A DNA stretch of 63,781 nucleotides, counting the filler, from Acetivibrio sp. (GTDB lineage: Bacteria; Bacillota; Clostridia; Acetivibrionales; Acetivibrionaceae), in the NCBI RefSeq assembly GCF_035371925.1. It is 3 parts of 3 records of this genome, joined end to end, with 100 filler letters (N's around TTAATTAATTAA, not from the genome) between each part and the next. Parts side by side here need not be neighbours in the genome. Positions count along the whole stretch, not along the records: positions 48,333 to 63,781 come from NZ_DAORXT010000069.1; 2 more parts are not named here. One strand, given 5' to 3'. Shown here one piece after another: positions 50,360 through 58,939 of the stretch. Position 1 is the first letter of the stretch, and every line of letters starts with the position of its first letter. The notes under the pieces are model-generated. The model did no database searches and had not been told where the DNA came from. It saw nothing but the letters and a program-made list of their open reading frames with translations. Made by a program: the position numbers and the translations under genes.

Positions 50360-50839
50360 ATGAAGATACCGACTACTTTAAAGCACAAACCTGTCATTGT
50401 ATGTGAAAACTATGAAAATGTTGACGGAAGATATGCTTATGATTCGGATGCAAAGGGCCTTTCCCTGGGGCTTGCACAATGGAATGACCGGGGGAAGGTG
50501 GATATTTCGGCTAAAGTTTGGAGATATACGGGTGAAAAATGGTCTAGGCAATCCGAAGAACTGCCCCTTCATCGAGTTCTTGACCTGGCAATCCTTGTTT
50601 GCAGGGCAAAGCTTTATTTTCAAGATGCTTATCGATACGAGAAGTTTTATGATCCCGAAAAGCCTGTTATAGACAGAGTTGGATTGCAGGGTGATGCTAT
50701 GACAGTATCTGTATGCACTGAAAACGAAAAAATCGACGAAGATATAAAGTTGTTTAATCAGGCACTCAGTGAGGATGGAGAACTTATTGGAGAGAGACTT
50801 CGCACTTTGTCAAGAATATTAAAGGAAATGGGATATTGA
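50360..50839 (+). CDS. Conserved hypothetical protein (DUF6530-like)
   Basis: MKIPTTLKHKPVI...GLSLGLAQWN...DISAKVWRYTGEKWSRQSEELPLHR, recalled family pattern; GGAGG RBS. Confidence 0.7.
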   Translation: MKIPTTLKHKPVIVCENYENVDGRYAYDSDAKGLSLGLAQWNDRGKVDISAKVWRYTGEKWSRQSEELPLHRVLDLAILVCRAKLYFQDAYRYEKFYDPEKPVIDRVGLQGDAMTVSVCTENEKIDEDIKLFNQALSEDGELIGERLRTLSRILKEMGY

Positions 50840-50922
50840 TATTTATAGATATTTCCCCATATTAAAAAATCACTCCTTCCAAGCAGTATAAGCACTCGAG
50901 GCGAGATTTTTCGAAAGTAAGC

Positions 50923-50951
50923 TTGACAAAAATGAAAATGTTCATTAGAAT
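50923..50951 (+). promoter_or_regulatory. sigmaA promoter upstream of CIRCE
   Basis: TTGACA-17 bp-TAGAAT. Confidence 0.8.
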
Positions 50952-50955
50952 ATTA

Positions 50956-50982
50956 TTAGCACTCATTTAGGGTGAGTGCTAA
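50956..50982 (+). promoter_or_regulatory. CIRCE element (HrcA operator)
   Basis: TTAGCACTC-ATTTAGGGT-GAGTGCTAA: perfect consensus with a 9-bp spacer, just downstream of the -10 box. Confidence 0.95.
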
Positions 50983-51152
50983 TAAAGCGTTTTAATATTC
51001 CTTTAGTTAATTGATACTATATTTATAGCGGTTTTTATCGTTATTAATATTTTATCCGTTAAATAAAGGAGTCTTAAAGCGCTTTTTGACAATAAGATGT
51101 AATATATTGAAAAGTCATTGAGAATACTGTTGGGATGAAGGAGTGAATGGTA

Positions 51153-52151
51153 ATGACAAGCAGGTTTGAAACAAAGCTTATGGGTTCTGACAGGCATTCT
51201 TACAAGGAGCTTTTCAAAAGATACTGGGGAAATCCGATCCTTTCAGCGAAAAACTGGCCTTATGCGGCAAACACAGTTTTTAATCCCGCAGCAACCACAT
51301 ATAACGGCAAGGTTTTGCTGCTGACAAGAGTCGAGGACAGAAGAGGCTTTTCTCATCTAACAAAAGCTATCAGCGATGACGGTATAAGCAATTGGATAAT
51401 TGATGACAAACCTACCTTTGAGGCTGAGCCCGAAAAATTTCCCGAAGAGGAATGGGGGGTAGAAGACCCGAGAATTACATGGATTGAAGAACTGGGGAAA
51501 TACGCTGTTGTATATACTGCCTATTCCAAAGGCGGACCATTGGTATCTTTAGCGCTTACGAAAGATTTTGAAAACTTTGAGAAGCTTGGTGCCATTATGC
51601 CTCCTGAGGACAAGGATGCTGCACTGTTTCCTAAGAGGATTCACGGAAAATGGGTTCTTATACATAGACCGATTTCAGCTCATCATGGACCTGGGGCACA
51701 TATTTGGATTTCCCGTTCCGATGACCTAAAATACTGGGGTGAGCATCAGATATTAATCAAAGCAAGAAAAGGCGGATGGTGGGACGCAAATAAAGTGGGA
51801 CTTAATTGTCCGCCCCTTGAAACTTCGGAGGGATGGCTTATATTGTACCACGGGGTAAGACAGACTGCGTCCGGATCTATTTACAGGCTTGGACTTGCGC
51901 TTTTAGACCTTGAGAATCCGTCGAAGGTCCTGCGCAGGAGTGATGAATGGGTATTTGGCCCGCAGGAATTCTATGAAAGAGAAGGGGATGTGGATGACGT
52001 GGTATTCCCCTGCGGATGGGTATATGATGAAAAAACAGGGGAGATTAAAGTATATTACGGTGCTGCCGATACTTGCATTGCAATGGCAACAACAAAGCTT
52101 GGTGATTTGCTTGAATATATAAAAAGATGTCCTGAGCCAAAGACAATTTGA
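51153..52151 (+). CDS. GH130-family beta-mannoside phosphorylase/glycosidase
   Basis: VFNPAA, EDPRIT, DKDAALFP, HRP, KVG, LYHGV, YRLG, VVFPCG, YYGAADT; five-bladed propeller pattern. Confidence 0.85.
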   Translation: MTSRFETKLMGSDRHSYKELFKRYWGNPILSAKNWPYAANTVFNPAATTYNGKVLLLTRVEDRRGFSHLTKAISDDGISNWIIDDKPTFEAEPEKFPEEEWGVEDPRITWIEELGKYAVVYTAYSKGGPLVSLALTKDFENFEKLGAIMPPEDKDAALFPKRIHGKWVLIHRPISAHHGPGAHIWISRSDDLKYWGEHQILIKARKGGWWDANKVGLNCPPLETSEGWLILYHGVRQTASGSIYRLGLALLDLENPSKVLRRSDEWVFGPQEFYEREGDVDDVVFPCGWVYDEKTGEIKVYYGAADTCIAMATTKLGDLLEYIKRCPEPKTI

Positions 52152-52208
52152 CAAATTTAATTTTAGACAGCAATTAGGACAACACATCCAAAATAGGAGG
52201 AATAAACA

Positions 52209-53252
52209 ATGAAAGCGTTATTTTTAGCAGGAGGTCTCGGAACTCGCTTAAGACCTATTACCAACGATTTACCCAAGCCAATGGTACCCATTATGGGAAA
52301 GCCACTTTTAGAAAGGAATATAGAAAGACTAAAGAGCTTCGGTATTGATGAAATTGTATTGAGTACATGTTACAAACCGCATAAAATTGACAAATATTTT
52401 GAGGACGGAAAAAAATTTGGTGTTAAAATAAACTATATAACCGAGGAAAGTCCTTTGGGCACCGCAGGAGCTATAAAAAACGCTGAGGATTTTTTGGGCG
52501 ATACATTCCTTGTGTTTAATGCCGATATATTGAGCGACATAGACATAGCGGACATGATACGCTTCCACAAAGAAAAAGGGGCACTGGCAACCATTGCCGT
52601 AACCCGGGTTGACAATCCTTCGGCTTATGGTGTCATTGAGCATGACGACGATAGCTTTATTACGGCGTTTAAAGAAAAGCCCCAGCCCCACGAAAGTAAA
52701 TCCAATCTGATTAATGCAGGAGTATATATCTTTGAACGGGAGATTTTAAATTACATTCCTACCGGAAGGGCAGTGTCCGTTGAAAGGGAAACCTACCCTT
52801 TGCTGCTTGAGAAAGCATATAAGATAGCGGTGTACGATAAATGCAATTACTGGCTTGACTTAGGTACACCGGGAAAATACTTAAAAGTTCATAAAGACAT
52901 ACTCAAAGGTCTTGTTCCGATTTGCAATTATGATTTTGGACAAAATTGCATATACATCAACGATAGTGCAAAAGTTGACATAAGTGCAAAGATAAAAGGT
53001 CCCGTATACATTGGTGAAAATGTTGAGATAGGTCCTGCGGCGGTGGTAGGTCCCAATGCGGTTTTATTCGACAATGCTGTTGTCGGAATGGGGGCAAAGG
53101 TTGTGGACAGCGTGGTTTGGGACAATGTTAATGTAGAGAGTGGAGCTAAAGTTATAAATTCTGTAGTTATGTCAAATTGTAAAATTGACAAGGACAGTGA
53201 GAAATACAATTCCGTTTTGACGGAAAACTTCAGCCAACCGATAGCGGTATAA
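52209..53252 (+). CDS. Mannose-1-phosphate guanylyltransferase-like NDP-sugar pyrophosphorylase
   Basis: LAGGLGTRLRPIT...PKPMVP, PLGTAGA, INAGVY, WLDLGTP and C-terminal hexapeptide beta-helix. Confidence 0.85.
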   Translation: MKALFLAGGLGTRLRPITNDLPKPMVPIMGKPLLERNIERLKSFGIDEIVLSTCYKPHKIDKYFEDGKKFGVKINYITEESPLGTAGAIKNAEDFLGDTFLVFNADILSDIDIADMIRFHKEKGALATIAVTRVDNPSAYGVIEHDDDSFITAFKEKPQPHESKSNLINAGVYIFEREILNYIPTGRAVSVERETYPLLLEKAYKIAVYDKCNYWLDLGTPGKYLKVHKDILKGLVPICNYDFGQNCIYINDSAKVDISAKIKGPVYIGENVEIGPAAVVGPNAVLFDNAVVGMGAKVVDSVVWDNVNVESGAKVINSVVMSNCKIDKDSEKYNSVLTENFSQPIAV

Positions 53253-53359
53253 AAGGCAAATATTTTTTGAGTGAGGAAGTTTAAAGAAACAGATAATATA
53301 AGCAAGTTGCAATATATTTTCCTGAAGTATTGCGGCAACAAGATATAGGAGGTTTTGAA

Positions 53360-54526
53360 ATGGCTTTAGACAAAATTCGAAACATAGCATTTTTAAGTAC
53401 TTATCCTCCAAGGGGGTGTGGGCTTGCAACCTTTACCAACGACCTGGTGAGGGAGCTTGACAAGATTGATGATATACCAAATCCAAAGGTTATTGCTGTA
53501 AGCGATAATGATTACAATTACAGCAGCAGAGTAATTATGGAGCTAGAACAGCATGAGAGAGAAAGCTATACAAAGACAGCAGAAAGAATTAACGACTCTG
53601 ACATTGATCTTCTTGTTATAGAGCATGAGTACGGCATATTTGGAGGGGAATTTGGAGAATATATCCTGGAACTTGTAGACAATATCAAAATACCTTTTAT
53701 TCTCACACTTCATACTGTGCTTCCAAATCCTTTGGAAAAACAAAAGAAAATACTTGAAATACTGGGCCAAAAAAGTGCAAAGGTAGTTACCATGGCACAA
53801 AATACAGTACCTATCCTCGAAGAAGTATATGGTATTGGCAAAGAAAAGATTGAAGTAATACACCATGGAGTACCTTATAAAGACCTTGAGTCCAGAGAGG
53901 AACTTAAGAAAAAATTCGGGCTTTCGGACCGCAGTGTGATAAGTACTTTCGGGCTGATAGGTCCCGGCAAGGGATTGGAATATGGAATTGAAGCCATTGC
54001 AAAGGTGGCTAAAAAACACAAAGATATTGTTTACCTTATTCTTGGACAGACGCATCCTTGCATAAAAAAGGAATCTGGCGAGGTTTACAGGGAAAAGCTT
54101 TTGCAAATGGTTGAAGAACTTGGAATAAAGGAGCATGTATGGTTTGTAGACAAATATCTTACCAGGGATGAAATTATGTACTATCTTAAGCTGTCGGATA
54201 TCTATATGACACCGTACTTGGGAAAAGACCAAGCGGTGAGCGGCACGTTGGCTTATGCGGTAGGGTACGGCAGAGTAATTGTATCAACTCCGTACAGCTA
54301 TGCCCGGGAAATGCTGGCAGAGGGCAGAGGACTTTTGGCAGAGTTTAGAGATTCGGATTCTCTGGCAAGACATATTGAATATATCCTTGAAAATCCTAAG
54401 GCAAAGGAAGAGATGGAGAGAAGGACATTAAGTCTTGGAAGGACTATGATGTGGGAAAATGTGGCCGATTCTTATTCCAAGCTTTTTATCGACACTCTCG
54501 AAAAACAAAGCACTCAGGGAGCATGA
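53360..54526 (+). CDS. GT4 glycosyltransferase
   Basis: STYPPRGCGLATF, EHEYGIFGG, HHGVP, FGLIGPGKGLE, SGTLAYA, STPY; AGGAGG RBS before ATG 53360. Confidence 0.9.
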   Translation: MALDKIRNIAFLSTYPPRGCGLATFTNDLVRELDKIDDIPNPKVIAVSDNDYNYSSRVIMELEQHERESYTKTAERINDSDIDLLVIEHEYGIFGGEFGEYILELVDNIKIPFILTLHTVLPNPLEKQKKILEILGQKSAKVVTMAQNTVPILEEVYGIGKEKIEVIHHGVPYKDLESREELKKKFGLSDRSVISTFGLIGPGKGLEYGIEAIAKVAKKHKDIVYLILGQTHPCIKKESGEVYREKLLQMVEELGIKEHVWFVDKYLTRDEIMYYLKLSDIYMTPYLGKDQAVSGTLAYAVGYGRVIVSTPYSYAREMLAEGRGLLAEFRDSDSLARHIEYILENPKAKEEMERRTLSLGRTMMWENVADSYSKLFIDTLEKQSTQGA

Positions 54527-54527
54527 T

Positions 54528-55568
54528 ATGGAGATTTGCGGTTTTAGGTATTGTGAAAATATAAAAGATGACCACATTTTCCGAATGACCGATGATACGG
54601 GAATGCTTCAGCACTCAAAATACTCTCTTCCGGATCCGAATCACGGGTATACAACGGATGACAATGCCAGAGCCTTAATTATGGCGCTGATGTTGTATAA
54701 AAGGTACGGAAAGAAAAAATATCTTGATCTTGCTTATAGGTACTCATCTTTTTTGCTGAATGCCCAGAATGAAAAGGGCAAGTTCAAAAACTTTATGGGT
54801 TATGACCGAAAATGGCTTGAGAAAGAAGGTTCTGACGACTGCTTCGGAAGATGCCTGTGGGCTATTGGATTTGCTCTTTCTTGTGATTTTACTCCAAAAG
54901 GTATTAAACATGCCCTTTTGGAAGTCTTTAATAAAGCCATGCCCCAGGCGGATAAACTAGATTATCTCAGGGGCAAGGCATATTCTGCAATAGGTCTTTC
55001 ATTTTTTGATAATGAAGCTTCAAAAGAGCTTGTTTTCAATATAGCCCAATCCCTTTGCCGCCAATATGATGAGCATAAGGACGGAGAGTGGAACTGGTTT
55101 GAAGATATTGTGGCATATTGCAACAGCGTTCTTCCGTGGTCCCTTCTGGCAGCGTACAAGGTTACCGGAGAAAAGAGATTTCTTGAAAAGGCCGAAGAAA
55201 GTCTGGATTTTCTCGGGAGAATAACCTTCAGAGATGGGTATTTTAAGCCTGTCGGATGCAATGGATGGTTTAAAAAGGGTCAAATGCAGGCGGAATTCGA
55301 TGAACAGCCGGTGGAAGCCTGTGAAGCTGTTTTAACCTATTTAGAGGCTTATGAATTGACAGGAAAAAAGCAATATTTTGAAAAAGCGAAAATATGCAAT
55401 GCCTGGTATGACGGAATAAATTCCAAAGGAATACGCCTTGTTGACGATGAGACAGGAGGCTGCTATGACGGTCTGACCGAACAAGGAGTAAATCTAAATA
55501 TGGGCGCAGAAAGCCTGGTATCTTACATAATATCGTATTTAAAAATGTCTGAAATCAAATCTTTATAG
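54528..55568 (+). CDS. Six-hairpin glycosidase-like protein (GH76-like DD motif)
   Basis: DDTGMLQHS, GYTTDDNARAL, DCFGRCLWA, FDEQPVEA, GGCYDGL, VNLNMGAES; ATG 1 bp after the GT4 stop. Confidence 0.7.
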   Translation: MEICGFRYCENIKDDHIFRMTDDTGMLQHSKYSLPDPNHGYTTDDNARALIMALMLYKRYGKKKYLDLAYRYSSFLLNAQNEKGKFKNFMGYDRKWLEKEGSDDCFGRCLWAIGFALSCDFTPKGIKHALLEVFNKAMPQADKLDYLRGKAYSAIGLSFFDNEASKELVFNIAQSLCRQYDEHKDGEWNWFEDIVAYCNSVLPWSLLAAYKVTGEKRFLEKAEESLDFLGRITFRDGYFKPVGCNGWFKKGQMQAEFDEQPVEACEAVLTYLEAYELTGKKQYFEKAKICNAWYDGINSKGIRLVDDETGGCYDGLTEQGVNLNMGAESLVSYIISYLKMSEIKSL

Positions 55569-55688
55569 ACATATCTAAAAAAAGAATATTTTTTACAGCA
55601 GCCTTTTATATAGCTTGATGCACATGAAGTCATTTTAAAGACAAGATAGGCTTCTTTTGATTACTGACAATAATCGGAGGTGTTTATC

Positions 55689-56780
55689 ATGTTGTATCCC
55701 TATAAAATGACGCCTGTGTACAAGGACTATATATGGGGAGGGCATAGTCTTAAAAGATTGGGAAAGCCCGTATTTTCGGGACGTGTCGCAGAAAGCTGGG
55801 AACTTTCTGCCATTCCTCAAAGTGAAACCAAAATTGCCAATGGTGTCTTAAAAGACCAAAGTATTGTTGATGTTATAAAAAAATACGGAAGAAAAAAGAT
55901 TCTTGGAGACAAATTTGCAATTTCGCCGATGAACACGGGATTTCCGCTGCTTCTAAAATTTATTGATGCAAACGACCGCCTGTCCATTCAGGTGCATCCC
56001 GGTGATGAATATGCCAAAGAACACGAGAATAACTCAGGCAAGACCGAAATGTGGTATGTCATTGATGCCAAATCGGGAGCAACGGTTATTCACGGATTCT
56101 CAGAAGCTTGCAAAAACCCGATAAAAATTCGGGAGTCTATTTTAAAGGGAAAGCACGACGGATTGTACAGAGAGATTCGGGTGAAGAAAGGTGACGTGGT
56201 GTTTGTCCCGGCAGGCACTGTACATGCACTAAATGACGGGTTGGTGGTTGCTGAAATACAACAAAACTCAGACATTACATACAGGCTTTTTGACTATGAC
56301 AGGACAGACTCTAAAGGAAATAAAAGACCCCTTCATGTACATAAAGCACTGGATGTTCTTTCTTTTAAAAATTCAAAAGCCTTGTATAAAGGACTTACCG
56401 TTTACTGTAAGAATGGAATAGAAGCAAAGTATCTTGCGATAAGTGAGTACTTTTGCGTAAAGGAAATTAAGAGCGGAGGGTGCTTTCTTGAATTAAATTC
56501 AAAAGGACTGTTTTCCGCGTTTATGTTTTTGGACGGTGAAGCAGAGATAATTTACAATGCGGAAAAAATAAAAATTCATGCGATGGAAACGGTATTTATT
56601 CCTGCATACATGGGTAAATATACAATTGGAGGTTTCTTTTCGGCACTTCACATTTATGTGCCGGACTGTGCATTAAAGGTTTATTATTCCTTGAGAGACA
56701 GGGGATTTTCCCATGAAGAAATAATTGAAAATGCAGCGGGAGCTGAAAGTCTTAATTTCCCTCTTAAGGCAGTCTTATAA
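55689..56780 (+). CDS. manA: Type I mannose-6-phosphate isomerase
   Basis: KDYIWGG, AESWE, FPLLLKFIDA, LSIQVHP, GKTEMWY, VPAGTVHA, EIQQNSDITYRLFDY. Confidence 0.92.
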   Translation: MLYPYKMTPVYKDYIWGGHSLKRLGKPVFSGRVAESWELSAIPQSETKIANGVLKDQSIVDVIKKYGRKKILGDKFAISPMNTGFPLLLKFIDANDRLSIQVHPGDEYAKEHENNSGKTEMWYVIDAKSGATVIHGFSEACKNPIKIRESILKGKHDGLYREIRVKKGDVVFVPAGTVHALNDGLVVAEIQQNSDITYRLFDYDRTDSKGNKRPLHVHKALDVLSFKNSKALYKGLTVYCKNGIEAKYLAISEYFCVKEIKSGGCFLELNSKGLFSAFMFLDGEAEIIYNAEKIKIHAMETVFIPAYMGKYTIGGFFSALHIYVPDCALKVYYSLRDRGFSHEEIIENAAGAESLNFPLKAVL

Positions 56781-56881
56781 AAAAATTTTTGTTTATATTA
56801 AAAATTAGCAGGGTATATTAAGTAAGAAAGAGAATAACCTGTATCAATAGAAAAAAATACTTATGATACAAGAGGTGCCGA

Positions 56882-57637
56882 ATGTTTTTAGTACTAATAA
56901 CTGCAATTGGCGTTGGCGGAGCAACCGTTGTAGGTTCATTAATCGGATTTATGTTTCGCAATATACCGCCAAAATATAATAATGCCATATTGGGCTTTGC
57001 AGCGGGAGTTATGCTGGCAGCCTCAGTAATGGGACTTATTTTGCCCTCTGCAGAGATGACCGGACGGTCGGGAATATGGGTGACTGTCTTGGGCATTTTT
57101 TTTGGAGCGATATTCTTAAACCTCATGGACAAATTAACTCCCCATTTGCACAACTTGTCGGGAGTAGATGTGGAAAAGCATGAGTACAACGAATCGCTCA
57201 ATAAGGTTTTGCTGTTTGTATTTGCAATTGCAATTCACAATTTTCCGGAAGGATTGGCAGCCGGTGTTGGATTTGGAAGTGAAGATATAAGCAATGCTTT
57301 GACGGTTGCCATTGGTATTGCATTGCAAAACATACCCGAGGGTATGGTGATTATTTCTCCTATGATTCTTGCAGGAATGAGCAAAAAAAGAGCTTTATTG
57401 ATTGGTTCTGCCACAGGATTGGTGGAAGTAGTGGGAACATTTATCGGTTATTTCGGTTCATCAATTTCGGAGCAAATACTGCCTTTTGCGTTGGCTTTTG
57501 CCGGCGGTACAATGCTCTATGTTATTAGTGATGAAATGATTCCCGATACACACAGCCATGGATATGAAAGATTGGCGACATATTCATTGCTGGTAGGGTT
57601 TACGGTTATGTTAATAATAGATATGTTTATTGGTTGA
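56882..57637 (+). CDS. ZIP-family metal transporter (ZupT/GufA-like)
   Basis: GFAAGVMLAAS, IAIHNFPEGLAAG, IALQNIPEG, FAGGTMLYVISDEMIP. Confidence 0.92.
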   Translation: MFLVLITAIGVGGATVVGSLIGFMFRNIPPKYNNAILGFAAGVMLAASVMGLILPSAEMTGRSGIWVTVLGIFFGAIFLNLMDKLTPHLHNLSGVDVEKHEYNESLNKVLLFVFAIAIHNFPEGLAAGVGFGSEDISNALTVAIGIALQNIPEGMVIISPMILAGMSKKRALLIGSATGLVEVVGTFIGYFGSSISEQILPFALAFAGGTMLYVISDEMIPDTHSHGYERLATYSLLVGFTVMLIIDMFIG

Positions 57638-57708
57638 ATAAGGGTGACGATAATTTCATTTACATATTAGCAATAAAATCCGATATATTTTATGGTTATT
57701 TTGTGCAA

Positions 57709-57723
57709 AGAATATTATTATCA
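57709..57723 (+). promoter_or_regulatory. Possible Fur/PerR-type 7-1-7 box
   Basis: AGAATAT-T-ATTATCA versus TGATAAT-N-ATTATCA (right half perfect, left half 4/7); AT-rich context weakens it. Confidence 0.3.
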
Positions 57724-57754
57724 TACCCGATACCCGAGAAAAGGAGAGATGAAT

Positions 57755-58144
57755 ATGTATGAAATGAAACCTGAATACTTTACGGGAATTGATTTTATCG
57801 ACAAAGAGCATGCCCGGCTTTTTGCTATTGCCGATGAGACTTACAATTTGCTTAAAAATGAATTTATTCCCGACAAGTATGACCACATAATGGATTTGAT
57901 TAATGAGCTTAGGGATTATACCAAGTATCATTTTAAGCATGAAGAAGAGTATATGGAAAGTATTGGATATAAAAAACTGTTTACCCAGAAAGTTGCCCAT
58001 GATGATTTTATACAGAAAATAAGTGAGTATACTCCCGAAGTTGTGGATGAAAACCAGAAGGAGACTCTTTTGGAATTGTTGGATTTTTTAGCCACATGGC
58101 TTGTGGAACATATATATAGACAGGATAAATTGATTGCAGAGTGA
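57755..58144 (+). CDS. Bacteriohemerythrin
   Basis: TGIDFIDKEH, YTKYHFKHEEEYM, H...HDDF, WLVEHI...D di-iron ligands; start 57755 behind AAGGAG. Confidence 0.92.
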   Translation: MYEMKPEYFTGIDFIDKEHARLFAIADETYNLLKNEFIPDKYDHIMDLINELRDYTKYHFKHEEEYMESIGYKKLFTQKVAHDDFIQKISEYTPEVVDENQKETLLELLDFLATWLVEHIYRQDKLIAE

Positions 58145-58168
58145 TTTTACAAAAAGGAGAGACAAGAA

Positions 58169-58828
58169 ATGAATATTAACGCTTTATGGAATTTATCTTA
58201 CGGGGTCTACATTGCTTCAGTTTGGGACGAAGAACGTCCGACCGGATGTGTGGTCAACAGTGCCATGCAAATTACGGCAGAACCTGCGACGGTTGCAATC
58301 AGCATCCACCATGACAACTATACAAACCGGTGCATTGAAAAAACAGGCAAGTTTGCACTTACTGTTCTGTCACAGAATTCGGATCCGTCAATTATAGGGA
58401 CTTTTGGATTTAAGACAGGCAAGGATGTTAATAAATTTGATTCTGTCAAGTATGACATAAAAAATGATATGCCGATTTTAGCGGATGGGTGTGCCTATCT
58501 TATCTGTGAGGTAATTAATAAGATGGAGACAGACACCCATACTGTTTTTTTGGGCAAAGTTTTAGATGCGGACTTTATTTCAAAAGAAGAGCCCATGACA
58601 TATTCTTATTACCACAAGGTAATAAAAGGAAGAAGTCCTAAAAACGCTCCGACATATATTAAGCTGGAACATACAGAAGAAAGCCAGCCTCAACCAAAAA
58701 GAGAAAAATATGTATGCAGTATTTGCGGATATGAATACACAGGAGACATTCCCTTTGAGGATTTGCCGGAAGATTATGTTTGTCCGGTATGCGGACAGCC
58801 TAAATCGGTATTTATAAAGCAAGAATAA
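58169..58828 (+). CDS. Flavin reductase-like/rubredoxin fusion (high-molecular-weight rubredoxin, Hrb-like)
   Basis: [27 protein letters not shown] flavin reductase domain; C-terminal CSICG...CPVCG. Confidence 0.88.
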   Translation: MNINALWNLSYGVYIASVWDEERPTGCVVNSAMQITAEPATVAISIHHDNYTNRCIEKTGKFALTVLSQNSDPSIIGTFGFKTGKDVNKFDSVKYDIKNDMPILADGCAYLICEVINKMETDTHTVFLGKVLDADFISKEEPMTYSYYHKVIKGRSPKNAPTYIKLEHTEESQPQPKREKYVCSICGYEYTGDIPFEDLPEDYVCPVCGQPKSVFIKQE

Positions 58829-58939
58829 GGCATAATATTTAAGAGCATTTAAACGATTTGGGAAACAATCAAGAAATTCCTGTGTAATTCTCAAAATAGA
58901 ATCAAAAACGTAACGGGAAAGAATAGGAGAGTGACAAAA

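Noticed and set aside
50889..50897. TAAGCACTC half-CIRCE upstream of the real CIRCE
   Set aside because: No matching second arm at 9-bp spacing.
48440..50900. Integrative element at tRNA-Asn
   Set aside because: No integrase and no duplicated tRNA 3' end found.
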